From: Folioceros fuciformis
Taxonomy: Eukaryota
Length of the DNA: 63,143 bases
Assembly (NCBI GenBank): GCA_049999805.1
Contig: JBNGIO010006164.1
Span: 151,939-215,081, forward strand
Direction of reading: 5' to 3'
A program made the position numbers and the translations under genes. Shown here one piece after another: positions 10,142-22,050 of the stretch. The first letter of the stretch is position 1; each line of letters opens with the position of its first letter. The notes beneath the pieces are model-generated. The model did no database searches. It saw only the letters and a list, made by a program, of their open reading frames with translations, and was not told the origin of the DNA.

Positions 10142-12511
10142 ATGTCGCTCACATCCAGGGTAGCTGGGCCTCCTCTGGATCCCAACACGACAAGAGAAAA
10201 TTGGGGGAAGAGATATGAACAGCAGCTGACTTCTGTTGGCGTCTCAGCAACGGCTGACAGCGTCAGCAAACTATGTGAGCAGGGCAATCTCAAGGAGGCT
10301 GTGGAAGCTCTGGGACTTCTGGTGCACACAGACTGTCATATTCCTCAATCTCTCTTTTACCGTGTGCTCAAGAAATGTGTGATGATGAAGGATCTGGTGC
10401 TGGGTCGGCGGGTCCATGCTCTTACAGTGAAAAAGCTGCATGAGTCGGACACCTTCCTGTGCAACCATATCCTCAGAATGTACGCTTCTCATGCCAGGTT
10501 GCAGGAGGCCATGGACGTCTTTGACGTGGTTGCCGAACCAGACGCCTTCACCTGGTCTTCTATCATCGCAGCGCACGTTAAACACGGGCAACCCGAGCAG
10601 GCAATACAATTATATCACCAGATGTGCAGTTCCAGGGTGAATCCAGACGGCCATCTGTTTGTAGCAGCCCTACAGGCTTCTGCAAGGGCAGCAGACTTGA
10701 AAACTGGGCAAAAGCTGCATGCTCATGTGTTGGCCGCTGGGCTTGAGTGTGACATGTTTGTCGGTAACTCCCTGCTGGATATGTATGCTAAGTGTGGCAG
10801 TTTGGAAGACGCTCAGAACGTCTTTGACGGGCTTCCTCGAAAGGATGTGGTAACCTGGAATGCTATGATATCAGGGTATTCCCAGCAGGGCAAGGGTGAG
10901 GAAGCTCTCCGTCTATACGATGCGATGCAACAAGAATGCACGGGCGAGCCTGATTCTGTGACTTTTGTGTGCCTCTTGCAGGCATGTTCAAGTGTGGGGA
11001 TTCCAGCGTTGGAGAAGGGGAAGCAGCTTCATGTACAGATTTCAGAGCGTGGGCTTGACCATCATGTAGTGGTTGGCAACAGCTTGGTGAACATGTATGC
11101 CAAGTGTGGCAGCCTATGGGATGCTCAGGGCGTGTTTGATGGACTTGGGGAAAAGACTGTGGTTACTTGGACGGCTCTGATAGCAGGTTATGCCCAGCAG
11201 GGCATGGGCCAGGAAGCTCTTCGTCTGTACGATGCGATGCAAGAAGAAGGCCTGACTGTACCCAACTCCGTAACCTTTGTGTGCCTCCTGCAGGCGTGTG
11301 CAAGTGTGGGCACCCCAGCTTTAGAGAAGGGGAAGCAGCTTCATGCACAGGTCGGACGTCTAGGGCTTGAGACTGACGTGGTCATCGGCTGCAGCCTGGT
11401 CAACATGTACGCAAAGTGTGGCAGCCTGCAAGAAGCACAGACCGTGTTTGATTGTCTCACTCGAAAGAATGTGGCCACATGGAATGCCATGATAGCAGGA
11501 TATTCCCAGCAGGGCATGGGTCAGAAAGCCCTTAGTGTTTACAGTGCTATGCAAGAAGAAGGCATCGTTGCACCCAATTCAGTAACGTTTGTGTGCCTCC
11601 TGCAGGCGTGCTCGAATGTTGCAGCTTTACATGTAGGAAGGCAACTTCATGCTGAAATCGATGCACAAGGGCTTCAAGCTGATGAATTCGTAGCCATCAG
11701 TTTGATCAACATGTATGCAAAGTCTGGGAGCATGGTTGATGCACAGCAGGTGTTTAATGCATTACCCAAAAGAGATGTAGTCGCCTGGAACGCACTGATT
11801 GCAGGGAATGCACGCCACGGAGACAGCGAAGTGGTCTTTGACTTGGTTCGCAGAATGACAGGAGATGGCATACAGCCAGACGATGTCACATTCCTCAGTG
11901 TGCTCACTGTTTGCAGCCATGCGGGTCTTGTGCACAAGGGGCGAGACAACTTTGAGGTAATGAGGCGACAATACAGCATCCCTCCTAGAGCCGAGCACTA
12001 CACATGTATGGTGGACCTCCTAGGTCGAGCAGGCCAACTCGACGAGGCACTATCTTGGGCAAGATCAATGCCCGTAGTCCCTGACGCTGCAGTTTGGCAC
12101 ACGTTACTCAATGCTTGTCAAAAGTGGAGCAATGTCGAGGTGGGACGCTATGCTTTCCATGAAGCAGTGAAGCTAGACGACAAAGATGCTGCTGCATATG
12201 TGTTGATGTCGAACATATACACGGGTGCTCAGATGTGGGAAGAGGCATTGCAGATGCAGGCTGTAAGGATGGGAATAGGGGCATGGAAGCAGGCAGGCCA
12301 GAGCTGGTGGACAGATATGGATGGAATGGTGCACACTTTTTTGGTTGGGGACAAGACACATCCTGAAAGTGAAGTAATATATGCAAGCCTGGAACAACTG
12401 GTCTCCAGAATGCAGGAAGAAGGATATGTACCACACTTGGATCTGTGCTGGGAGGAAATGTCTGATGCTGGAATGGAAGCTTTTATGCTTTGCAGGAACT
12501 GTTTGTCGTAG
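10142..12511 (+). CDS. PLS-E+ PPR protein, WW-type, stops before HxE
   Basis: 789-aa ORF. PLS triplets, E1/E2, AWKQAGQSWWTD...EGYVPHLD...EAF, then stop with no HxE(x)nCxxC. Confidence 0.93.
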   Translation: MSLTSRVAGPPLDPNTTRENWGKRYEQQLTSVGVSATADSVSKLCEQGNLKEAVEALGLLVHTDCHIPQSLFYRVLKKCVMMKDLVLGRRVHALTVKKLHESDTFLCNHILRMYASHARLQEAMDVFDVVAEPDAFTWSSIIAAHVKHGQPEQAIQLYHQMCSSRVNPDGHLFVAALQASARAADLKTGQKLHAHVLAAGLECDMFVGNSLLDMYAKCGSLEDAQNVFDGLPRKDVVTWNAMISGYSQQGKGEEALRLYDAMQQECTGEPDSVTFVCLLQACSSVGIPALEKGKQLHVQISERGLDHHVVVGNSLVNMYAKCGSLWDAQGVFDGLGEKTVVTWTALIAGYAQQGMGQEALRLYDAMQEEGLTVPNSVTFVCLLQACASVGTPALEKGKQLHAQVGRLGLETDVVIGCSLVNMYAKCGSLQEAQTVFDCLTRKNVATWNAMIAGYSQQGMGQKALSVYSAMQEEGIVAPNSVTFVCLLQACSNVAALHVGRQLHAEIDAQGLQADEFVAISLINMYAKSGSMVDAQQVFNALPKRDVVAWNALIAGNARHGDSEVVFDLVRRMTGDGIQPDDVTFLSVLTVCSHAGLVHKGRDNFEVMRRQYSIPPRAEHYTCMVDLLGRAGQLDEALSWARSMPVVPDAAVWHTLLNACQKWSNVEVGRYAFHEAVKLDDKDAAAYVLMSNIYTGAQMWEEALQMQAVRMGIGAWKQAGQSWWTDMDGMVHTFLVGDKTHPESEVIYASLEQLVSRMQEEGYVPHLDLCWEEMSDAGMEAFMLCRNCLS

Positions 12512-12925
12512 TCGACATTGGACATGCGAATGAATCCCCAGTGTGCAAGCTGACGGGATTGCCAGCCCCCGAGTTGCTCCGTGACAAGCACACGTGTATG
12601 GATGCTGAACAAGTGGCAGGAAGGGGCGAACCATCACATGGAACTACAGGAACTTAAGATGTAAGTCGGTTTGACAGTCCAATTGCTCCCTTTGATCAGA
12701 TGAGATTTGTGTAATGCTCCACCCGTGACTAATTCTTCTGCATTTGATGCTGCAGAAAAACATGGAGACCTTCATGCCCCTCAATGCCAATCCGAATGCA
12801 GGGTCACAGACTTTGTTTGACCTGTGTTTGCAATCGAAACAGCGCCATTTCTCCAATCTTCCTGCATACAGTGTTCACTTAAAGATTCCAATATCAGGTG
12901 TCAAGCAGTGGAAAATGTGAAGTTT

Positions 12926-15900
12926 TCACCCCTCCACCAGAGATGCTTCTTCCTCATCATCAGACACGTCCCATGATGAGTCCAGATGTGGCACATACCC
13001 TTGCTTTTTCATTTCGTGAACAAGCTGTTTCAACCTTGCATAAATGCCGTGACTCTGAGGATGCTTTGTATCTCCGACCAGAAAACTATGAACCTGACCG
13101 TCTCCGTCTGTCCACGAGCTGTGGCCCGGCTGCTTCCATGCCCCGACTGCTTTTCTTCTTGCCTGCATCGCCTGCGCTTTCTCCCATAATTGGACACTGA
13201 CATATATGTTCGACATCAGCACATATACTGCAGAATCTTTTTCATCAAGCTTTACTGCTTCGTGGAAAGCATGGGATGCCACTTCCACATTACTCCACTT
13301 TCGACAAGCACCCAACAGAGCGCGCCAAACTTCAGCTTGAGGCTGCACAGGCATTGTCCTAACTACCGCAAGTGCCTCATTCAGTTGGCCAGCACGGCCT
13401 AACAGGTCAACCAAGCATGAGTAGTGCTCCATGGTGGGAGCGATACCATACTGTGTGCTCATTGTCTCAAAGTATTCTTGTCCCTTGTCCACTAGACCCA
13501 CGTGACTGCAGACTGCTATTACACAAAGAAACGTGATGCCATCTGGCTGCAATCCATCCTCTTTCACTTTGTCAAACAACCCAATGACCAGTTCACTGTC
13601 TCCTAGACGAGTGTATCCAGAAATCAGCGCGTTCCAGGCGACTATGTCTCTTTCCAGCAAGGCATCGAACACCTGCTGTGCATCACACATGCTGCCGGAC
13701 TTTGAATACATGTTTATCAAACTGATGGCCACAGACACATCAGCTTGAAGACCTCGATTTTTTATCTCCACATGCAGCTTCCTTCCCACATGCAACGCTG
13801 CCACGCCTGCACAGGCTTGCAGAACGCAGACAAACGTAACACAATCGGGAGAAATGGTGCTCTCTTGCTGCATAATGTGGTACAGCCGAAGGGCTTCCTG
13901 AAAGTTGCCTTGCTGGGAGTATCCTGCTATGATGGCATTCCAAGTCACCACTGTTCTTTCAGGAAGCCTGTCAAATACGCTCTGAGCATCCTCTAGGCTG
14001 CCACACTTTGCATACATGCTCACTAGGCTGCAACCTACAACCACATCAGCTTCTAGTTCTCGTTCCTCAATCTGCCCATGAAGCTGCTTTCCCTTCTCCA
14101 GGGCCGTGATACCTACACTTGCACAGGCCTGCAGGAGAGACGAAAATGTCACAGAATCAGGAAAATCACTGCCTTTGTTTTGCATAGCGCTGTAAAGACA
14201 AAGGGCTTCCTCCACCATGCCTAGATGGGAATATCCTGCGATCATTGTATTCCATGTCACCACATCTTTCTCACCGAGTCTATCAAATACGCTCTGTGCA
14301 TCCCCAAGGCTTCCGCATTTCGTGTACATGTTTATCAAATTGTTGCCTACGGTCAGATCAGCTTCAAGGCCTTGTTCCTTAATCTGAGCATGAAGTTCCT
14401 TTCCCTTGTCCAGAGCCAAGAATCCCAGAATGGCACATGCCTGAAGGAGGCACACGAATGTCACAGAGGTTGCTCCACCCGCACCCCCTTGTTGCATTGC
14501 AGTGTACAAGGAAAGGGCTTCCTGGCCCAAGCCCCGCTGGCAGTACCCTGCTATCAAAGAGGTCCACGTCACTGCATCCTTTTCCTGAAGTCTGTTGAAC
14601 ACTGTCTGAGCATTCTCAAGACTGCCACACTTTGCATACATATGTACCAGGCTGCCACCTACAACCACGTCATCTAGGAGTCCTCCTTCTACAATTTGTG
14701 CGTGAAGCTGCTTCCCCCGTTTTAAAGCCCGAGTTCCCATACTTGCACAGGCTTGCAGCAGGCACACAAATGTCACAGAATCAGGTGAAACGATTCTTTC
14801 TTCCAACATTGCACTGTAAAGACAAAGCGCTTCCTGACCCATGTCCTGCTGGGAATATCCTGCTATCAAGGCATTCCATGTCACAACATCTTTTTGACTA
14901 AGACTGTCGAAGACAATCTGGGCATCCTGTAGGCTGCCACACCTCACATACATGTTGACGAGGCTGCAACCTACAATCATGTCCCGTTGAAGTCCTTCTT
15001 CTTCGATCTGTACATGAAGCTGCATTCCTTTGTGCAAAGCTGGGCTGCCTAGACTTGCGCATGCATGCAGGAGGCACACAAACGTCACAGCATCGGGCAC
15101 AACCATGCCTTCTTGTTGCATAGCACTATGAAGGTCAAGGGCTTTCTGACCCATGCCCTTGTGGGAATACCCTGTTATCATGGCATTCCAGGTCGCCACG
15201 TTTTTCTGATGGAGTCCATCAAATACTCTTTGGGCATCTTCCAAGCTGCCACACTTTGCATACATGTTTATCAAACTGTTAACCAGTAACACGTTGGCCT
15301 GAAGCCTGTGGTCGCCGAGTTGCGCATGAAGCTGCTTACCCCATTCCAAAGCTGGGGTTCCCATGTTCGCACAGCCCTGAAACAGGCAGACAAACGTCAC
15401 AGTATCAGGTGCAACTTTTCCTTCTTCTTGCATAGCACTGTAGACATGAATAGCTTCCTGCCCCATTCCCTTCTGGGAATATCCTGCTATCATTGCATTC
15501 CAAGTGGCAACATTTTTCTGACTAAGACTACTGAACACACACTGAGCATGCTGAAGAGTGCCACACTTTACATACATGTTTACCAGACTGCAGCCGACAA
15601 CCACATCCATTTGAACTTTTCGTTCCACCATCTCTGCGTGAAGCCGTATCCCCTTGTTCAAAGACGGAGGCCCTAAACTTGCACATGCCTGCAGGAGGCA
15701 GGCAAATGTCATGGAATTGGGTGCCACGAAGCCTTGGTCCTGCATAGCACAGTAAACCTGCAGGGCTTCTTGACCCATTCCCTGTTGAGAGTATCCAGCT
15801 ATCATGGCATTCCACGTTACTACATCTTTTCGAGCGAGTCTGCTAAACACTCTATCAGCGTCTTCCAAGCTGCCACACTTTGCATACATGTCCACCAAAC

Positions 15901-16876
15901 TATTGCAAACAAACAAATCAGAGCCCACACCAGAGGCAACGGCATGAGCATGCACCTGCTTCCCCGTTGTCAAGTCTGCTCCCTTTGCACAAGCCTGCAA
16001 AGCTGCTACAAAAACATGACTGTCTGGCTTCACAAGTGATGTGCGAATCATGAGTTGATAGAGTTGTATGGCCTCTGCAGCTGCACCTTGTCGAACATGC
16101 GCAGAGATTATGGATGACCACATAAATGCATCCGGTTCGGCAACAGAGTCGAACACATCCATGGCATCTTGCAACCTGCCAAGGGAAGCATACAAGCGCA
16201 GGATGTGGTTGCACAGGAACGTGTCCGACTCGTACCCCGCTTCCACGGTGAAGGCATGGACACGGCGACCTAGAACGAGGTCCTTCGTGTCCACACAAGT
16301 CTTGAGAACAGCATACAGAAGAGGCTTCGAAATGCAACCATCTGTCTGCACCAGAAGGCTCAAAGCCTCAACAGCCTGGCTGAGACGGCCGTCATGACAT
16401 AGTCTCCTCACGGTTTCCGCCGCAACAACCCTACCGCATCCTGCAGACCTGTGAGGGGCAGGACCATCCGGCAGGCTGGAGCTGGATGTAGCACCGACGT
16501 GCACATCCAAAGCAGCCAGCTTCTCATCTCCACGGGCTGGCTTGTGATAGTGGCCGTCGTTCAACCAGAGGACTTCATGGAGGCCTCCAGTATCCGGTGT
16601 ATGTGCCCCGGTATCCCTTCCAAGTGTCTGATCCATCAAAACCTGTGGTGGCAAGCCAGATGGTTTTCCAGCCGAACATTGATGTGGACGAGTTTTAACC
16701 TTCCTTGCAAGAGTGCTGCTGGTTCTGCTATAGCTGCTCCAGCTGATGCTGCTAATGACGGACCCGTTGCTCAATAAAATGCATGTCAGTCGCACGATCT
16801 CTCTTCTACCTTTTAACACACCAAATTGTCCGTGTCGGGTCCTCAAACAGGTTCTCCACAGGAGCTCCTGCAACAT
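12926..16876 (-). CDS. Long PLS-E+ PPR protein, WW-type (SSWTD variant), stops before HxE
   Basis: 1316-aa ORF from ATG 16876 with many PLS triplets. Ends AWKQPGHSSWTDGDGQVHSFLVGD...GYVPHLD...EEEASL, then stop. Confidence 0.93.
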   Translation of the reverse strand: MLQELLWRTCLRTRHGQFGVLKGRREIVRLTCILLSNGSVISSISWSSYSRTSSTLARKVKTRPHQCSAGKPSGLPPQVLMDQTLGRDTGAHTPDTGGLHEVLWLNDGHYHKPARGDEKLAALDVHVGATSSSSLPDGPAPHRSAGCGRVVAAETVRRLCHDGRLSQAVEALSLLVQTDGCISKPLLYAVLKTCVDTKDLVLGRRVHAFTVEAGYESDTFLCNHILRLYASLGRLQDAMDVFDSVAEPDAFMWSSIISAHVRQGAAAEAIQLYQLMIRTSLVKPDSHVFVAALQACAKGADLTTGKQVHAHAVASGVGSDLFVCNSLVDMYAKCGSLEDADRVFSRLARKDVVTWNAMIAGYSQQGMGQEALQVYCAMQDQGFVAPNSMTFACLLQACASLGPPSLNKGIRLHAEMVERKVQMDVVVGCSLVNMYVKCGTLQHAQCVFSSLSQKNVATWNAMIAGYSQKGMGQEAIHVYSAMQEEGKVAPDTVTFVCLFQGCANMGTPALEWGKQLHAQLGDHRLQANVLLVNSLINMYAKCGSLEDAQRVFDGLHQKNVATWNAMITGYSHKGMGQKALDLHSAMQQEGMVVPDAVTFVCLLHACASLGSPALHKGMQLHVQIEEEGLQRDMIVGCSLVNMYVRCGSLQDAQIVFDSLSQKDVVTWNALIAGYSQQDMGQEALCLYSAMLEERIVSPDSVTFVCLLQACASMGTRALKRGKQLHAQIVEGGLLDDVVVGGSLVHMYAKCGSLENAQTVFNRLQEKDAVTWTSLIAGYCQRGLGQEALSLYTAMQQGGAGGATSVTFVCLLQACAILGFLALDKGKELHAQIKEQGLEADLTVGNNLINMYTKCGSLGDAQSVFDRLGEKDVVTWNTMIAGYSHLGMVEEALCLYSAMQNKGSDFPDSVTFSSLLQACASVGITALEKGKQLHGQIEERELEADVVVGCSLVSMYAKCGSLEDAQSVFDRLPERTVVTWNAIIAGYSQQGNFQEALRLYHIMQQESTISPDCVTFVCVLQACAGVAALHVGRKLHVEIKNRGLQADVSVAISLINMYSKSGSMCDAQQVFDALLERDIVAWNALISGYTRLGDSELVIGLFDKVKEDGLQPDGITFLCVIAVCSHVGLVDKGQEYFETMSTQYGIAPTMEHYSCLVDLLGRAGQLNEALAVVRTMPVQPQAEVWRALLGACRKWSNVEVASHAFHEAVKLDEKDSAVYVLMSNIYVSVQLWEKAQAMQARRKAVGAWKQPGHSSWTDGDGQVHSFLVGDTKHPQSHGIYARLKQLVHEMKKQGYVPHLDSSWDVSDDEEEASLVEG

Positions 16877-17884
16877 CTCAAGCTCTAAGCCCTTGTCCGT
16901 CGTCTTGGATCACATTCGTCCATCTTCCGCCTTCTCCAAACTGTGCTTTCGGCGTTCTGCGTCTGTTTGAAGTGTCAAGTTTAGGTGCATACTTAGGTTC
17001 ATGAAGATCCAAAGAGGGTTTATGATCCGGTTCCTTTGCACAACTACACTTCCTACCAGAGTTCGTTCGAATGCGAATGTTGTAGGGAGGTTGTGTACGG
17101 CTGGCAGTCACCCCCAGGCCCAAGGTCCGTTGTAGATGCCCGTGACGCCGAGACCTTGAGGAATCCCCACAGGTAGCACCACAGGTTGATGTGGGTGATC
17201 AACCTCTTACCAGGTCCACGTACACTCAAAGGAGTCTACAGTACGTGACATCGGGCGATTCTCGTCACTGCTTTAGAGTTGCAACAGCTCAGGCTGAGCG
17301 ACACAGTCACGGGGCCACAGCCGCAGAGACCGGCCGATACCGACCGTCTTCATTCGGATCGCATTGAGTCGGAGGTGCAAGCTGTAAGGTCAAGCATGGC
17401 GTCCTGGACAAAGGAAGCCTACACACTGGTAAGCTTGCCGTTGTTGAGTGCTTGCTTCTCGGCCCGTAAAAATTCCAATCGCTTCGAAGACCTTGGCATG
17501 TCTTACTATCATCGACATCTCTTCTGCGTTATACGACAGCCGATGCGATCCCTTGGCCCTTGACCGGGCGGGGTGCCCGGGCTTTGCGGCAGGCGCTGCC
17601 TGAGGTGGTGTCTGCACTAAATAATTGCCGTCTTAACTCGAAGGCCAAACGAAACCGAATCGAACCGGGCCGAACCGTTCACGTAGTAAATACATTGATC
17701 GCACAGCGGGCCTTGGCTGGTCGGCATCCGCGGCTGCATCGTGATACGTACATCTATGATATACAAAACAAGAGGTTTGTGGGATGGGATGCAGCAGGCA
17801 AGCAAGAAAGCGATCCAACGTAACGGAAGGCTAGGCTAGGCTAGGTAGCGTCTAGCGCATTCGCATGCTGGCCGATCGCCATAG

Positions 17885-19937
17885 CTAGCCTGGGTACAAG
17901 TGAGCAGGGAGGAGACGTGTAGGTATAGCCACGAGCCCGGACCTCCTGGGCGTGGAGAAATTATACCTCTCCATCATGTCGAGGCGGTGGACGCCCTCCG
18001 GGAGGCTCCAGTCGAACGAATGAAGGAGGCTAGCCAGGGAGCTGGGCGGGAAGTGAGCGCCAGGTTCATGCCGGGGCAGCTCCGGCGGCCGGACCTGAAC
18101 GGCATCACCTCCATGTGCTGCCCCTTGATGTCGATGGGGCTGTCCAGGAAGCGGTCCAGGTTGTAGGTGGTGAGATCCTTCCACTGCCTCTCGTCGTTGG
18201 CGATGCCCCAGGCCTGGAAGATGATCATGGTGCCGGCGGGCACGTGGTAGCCGCCGATGTCGCAGTCTAGGATGGTCTCTCTGGGCACCAGCATGGGGAA
18301 GGGAAGGTGGCGGCGCATGGACTTCTTGACGCAGGCGTGAAGGTAGGGCAGCTGGGCGGGACCGCTGTCGGCCTCCTCCACCATTCGCTCACGGCCCACC
18401 AGGGCGTCCAGCTCCGCCTGCAAGCGCCGCAGGCACTCTGGGTTGTCCATGAGCTCCGACAGCGCCCACTCCAGCGACACGGCCGAGCTCTCGGCGCCCG
18501 CCACTATGGTCTCCAAGGTGACCGCCTTGACGCAGTCGTCGCCGGGGGGCCTGTCGGGGCTTATGAGCAGCACGTCCCATCAGGTCCCGGGCTTCCGGCT
18601 GCTCCTCGCCCCGGCCCTGTGCCTCCTGCAGCCGTCGCTTGTGCTGGTGCTCAATGTGCTGCATGTGGATGTCTATGCTCTTCTTCAGCCGCCGCATGTT
18701 GGTCCGCAATCCCGTCAGCACGTCGACGAAGCCCAGCCAAGGCAGGAAATCCTCCACCGCCACGCTCCCGAACTGGCCAAGCATCTGCCGCACCGGGTCC
18801 AGCCAGCTCATGCTCGGCCGCTGCTCCGGCGGCAGCGACTGGTCCACCGACAGGTCTCTGTCCGCAATGGTTCTGCCCNNNNNNNNNNNNNNNNNNNNNN
18901 NNNNNNNNNNNNNNNNNNNNNNNNNNNNNNNNNNNNNNNNNNNNNNNNNNNNNNNNNNNNNNNNNNNNNNNNNNNNNNGCGTCACTCACCCGCTTCACCA
19001 ACACCGCCAGCTCCTTCGTCCTTACGTGCTTGAACTGTTGGATCCTCCTGGCCGTAAGCATCTCCAGCACCAACAGCTTCTTCATGTTCTGCCAGTATGA
19101 TCCGTATGGCGCCTGTGCTGCAAGTCACAATCATTTGCCCAGGAAGCAAATTGCACACGCAAGCATTAAACATTACGTTCTTGGCGATCCATGACCGGAG
19201 AGGAGAGATTGTTTCATTTCAACATTGGATGTGATTCATTCTGGCTTCACACTCACAGATACAGCTTAATCTTCATATATATGTATGCATTGGAGGAAGA
19301 GATGCCAACCTACCTTGCAGCTCGGTCTCGGTAGCTAGCTAGCTAGCCGGAATGACAAACATTGCATTCATTGACAAACAAATGAAGCGAAAGTCAAAGA
19401 GAGAGAGAGGCATTGGGGTACATGCATGCAGTCACCAATATGGAGAGGACCGTAGGAGAGATACTTGAATGCAGCAGCTTTGGCCGGCCTGGATGACAGG
19501 ATTTTATCGTGCTTCTTGAAGGCCTGTCTGGCGACTTCGGCGTCGGAAATGTAGATGGCCTTCACGCGTCCCAGCTTGAGCAGCAATACGGGCCCCCAGG
19601 TTTTGGCCAGATCCACCATGGCCCGGTGCGGGAGACCGTTGGCCGTGAAGAGGAGGGTGATGAGATTGCCCACGACAGGCCAACCACGAGGTCCCGGCGG
19701 CAGCTTCACAGTGTACTTCTTCCCGCCGCCCAAGCCCAATTCCAACCTGCTCTTGATGAAAGCGAGTAGCAGGCATCCCGAAAGGGCGGACAAGAAGAGC
19801 AGTCCCCACAAATTCCCGCTGCCACCGGCAGCCGCAGCGGACAGGCCTTTGAGCAAAACAGTGGACAGCAGCTCGGATCCCGCAGACCCCTTGTCTTCCA
19901 GATCTGCTTATGCCGCAACAGCTGCAGCAGGAGTCAT
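17885..19937 (-). pseudogene. Cytochrome P450, CYP71-clan-like, disrupted
   Basis: LPPGPRGWPVVGNL hinge, APYGSYW after intron 19435-19118, I-helix AGAESS, heme motif FRSGRRSCPG. In-frame TAA 19910-19908 after ATG 19937. Frameshifts near 18577 and 18050. ExxR changed to KSMR and PERF to LDRF. Spans an N-gap. Confidence 0.85.
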
Positions 19938-21921
19938 GATGCTGGAACTGAGCGCAACGTGCTCACAAGACCCACAATGTCCCTCGGTGGCTGTGTTGCT
20001 GAATCCGAGCTGTAAGCGATGGCCACAGACACGCCTGCTCGGCTAAGCTTGCGTGGCAAGCAGATCGATAATTTTGAGTTGGTACCGACTCCTCTACCCC
20101 AATTGGGGGGGGCGGGCGAGGGCTGGCTGCCCGCAAGTAATCCGACATGATGAATTGATTTTCGGGCGGTACCGGATTACAGGTACAGGCCAGGTGTGAC
20201 ATCACATGGTCTCTTCGCCGCCAGTCGGCCTGGAATTTTAATACTGCACCTTCACAAAAAACGTCTCTTGTTCCTCGAGCCTGCAGGGACCGCCGGCACA
20301 CGTCTTTGCACACACCACGCCATTTGCACACACGCAAAAGCAAAAGCAAAAGCCTGTTAGCAAGCCAAGCCAGGCCACAATAACAGAAACTTGGATGGAT
20401 ACGGCCGGACCACTCAACCCATTTTGGCATGCATGGAATGCGCACACACACAACACAACAGTACACCAGACAATAATTCCTTGGAACCCAGATTTCGTGT
20501 CGTCGAGGTTTCGCACAGAAAAGTACATGAGCCCCTCTGGAGTAACTGTATGATCACCGACAGACAGTCCAAATTCAGGCGGCTCCAAGATCACCCGGAA
20601 CTCACTCCTTGCTGAGCCAACGCAATGTGTCATGCACACGCAGACCAGTCACAGAACATACAGCGGGCACAATGGGTGTCTCGTTGTTTCTCGGTTTCCA
20701 ACCTGAAATGGCCGCAACTTGGAATGGCCCTTCTAGAAACACGGCTACATGCAGAGCTTTTGACGAGCTACCTACCACCAACAGACATAGGTTGACGCGG
20801 TGATGAGATAGGATTGTCACCTTCCACCAATGTTTCCAACAGCCTAGCCTGTTTCTGTTCAGATCTAACCAGGCAAACCCAGCACCAGAACCTGGCAAGA
20901 GGACATGCAAGGAATCGTCACCAAAGCCTTCTTGCCGGAACTGAAAAGATAGGGGAGATCAGAGCGCTGGTGAATGGCTGCTGTACATGTCATGGTTTGA
21001 AATCAATAGGTACACGAAACCATAGTCACGGGGACTCAGGTGTCATCCTGTTTACCTGTAAGGTGTAAGGTGTAAGGTGCCATGGAGTGAGGCATGACGG
21101 AAAATGACCTCCCTCCCTAAACGGGGCATAGTGGAAGTGCCCTTATCACTTGTGGGAGGGGTGGTGTTGGTTCCAATTATTATTTAGGGAAGGCTAATCG
21201 CGTTTGAATTATTTTTGCTTCCAATTTACTGCACCAAAATAGTAGGTTTTACAGGCACTCGTGGCTTATTGAAAGACCATCCTAAGTTCCCATTAAAAAA
21301 TAATTCAATCTTAAACCTCTAAAAATAATTTAATCTGAGGTTCTTCTAAAGTTCTTAGGGTTTAGATAAACAATCTTCTACATTTCCGTAGAAGAGGCAA
21401 CGAAAAAGGAATTTTACTGAGCTTTTGTTGGAAGACGAAGGCCCCCCTCTTCCACATGGAGAATGCCTCTTGCAAAGTCTTCCACACAGGAATTGTGTCC
21501 CGTCTATGTTGGATATCTTCGACCTGGATGCCAACACCTTACTTGTAATATGTAGAGCTTGAACGGGAACTTCCGTTTCCTTTCTAAAGCGCAGCATCAT
21601 CATCTCCCGCTTGGAACAGTACAGTACAAGGCAGACGTCCACCAATCGGGAGTCATTCGCCGCCGTTTCGTTTGGTCAATCGATCCCTGGCCTGCCCTGC
21701 CCTGGCCTGGCCTGGCCTGCCCTGCTCCTCCGTCACTGTCGGGTGGCATCTACTTCAGGCAAGGCAACACGTTGGAACATCCATACATACAAGCAGCAGG
21801 ATCACCCTCCGGTGAGTATTCATCAGAGCCTTCCGTTAATGATATTCATGTGCATGGGAAACTGCATCCTGTACTTTCCACGAACCTGTAGCAGGTGCGG
21901 TGCTCACTGCTCACGCGCTAA

Positions 21922-22050
21922 TCAGCATGTTCTCTTCTCTGCCTCGTGAACATGGCCTGACGCCCCCACCAGACCAGATATATTAATCACCACGCAATTG
22001 TAATGCTCGAGAGTAGGTTCCAAGCCATGCTCTTGTCCGGAGGGTCCCAA
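21922..22050 (-). pseudogene. Isolated degenerate PPR L2/S2 fragment
   Basis: QEHGLEPTLEHYNCVV...GASGHVHEAEK resembles EHGIxPTxxHYNCMVDLLGRSGHLEEAE. Confidence 0.65.

Noticed and set aside
12644-12856. CFDCKH downstream of PPR 12926 as a DYW CxxCH relic
   Set aside because: The surrounding residues do not match KNLRxCxDCH, so it could be chance.
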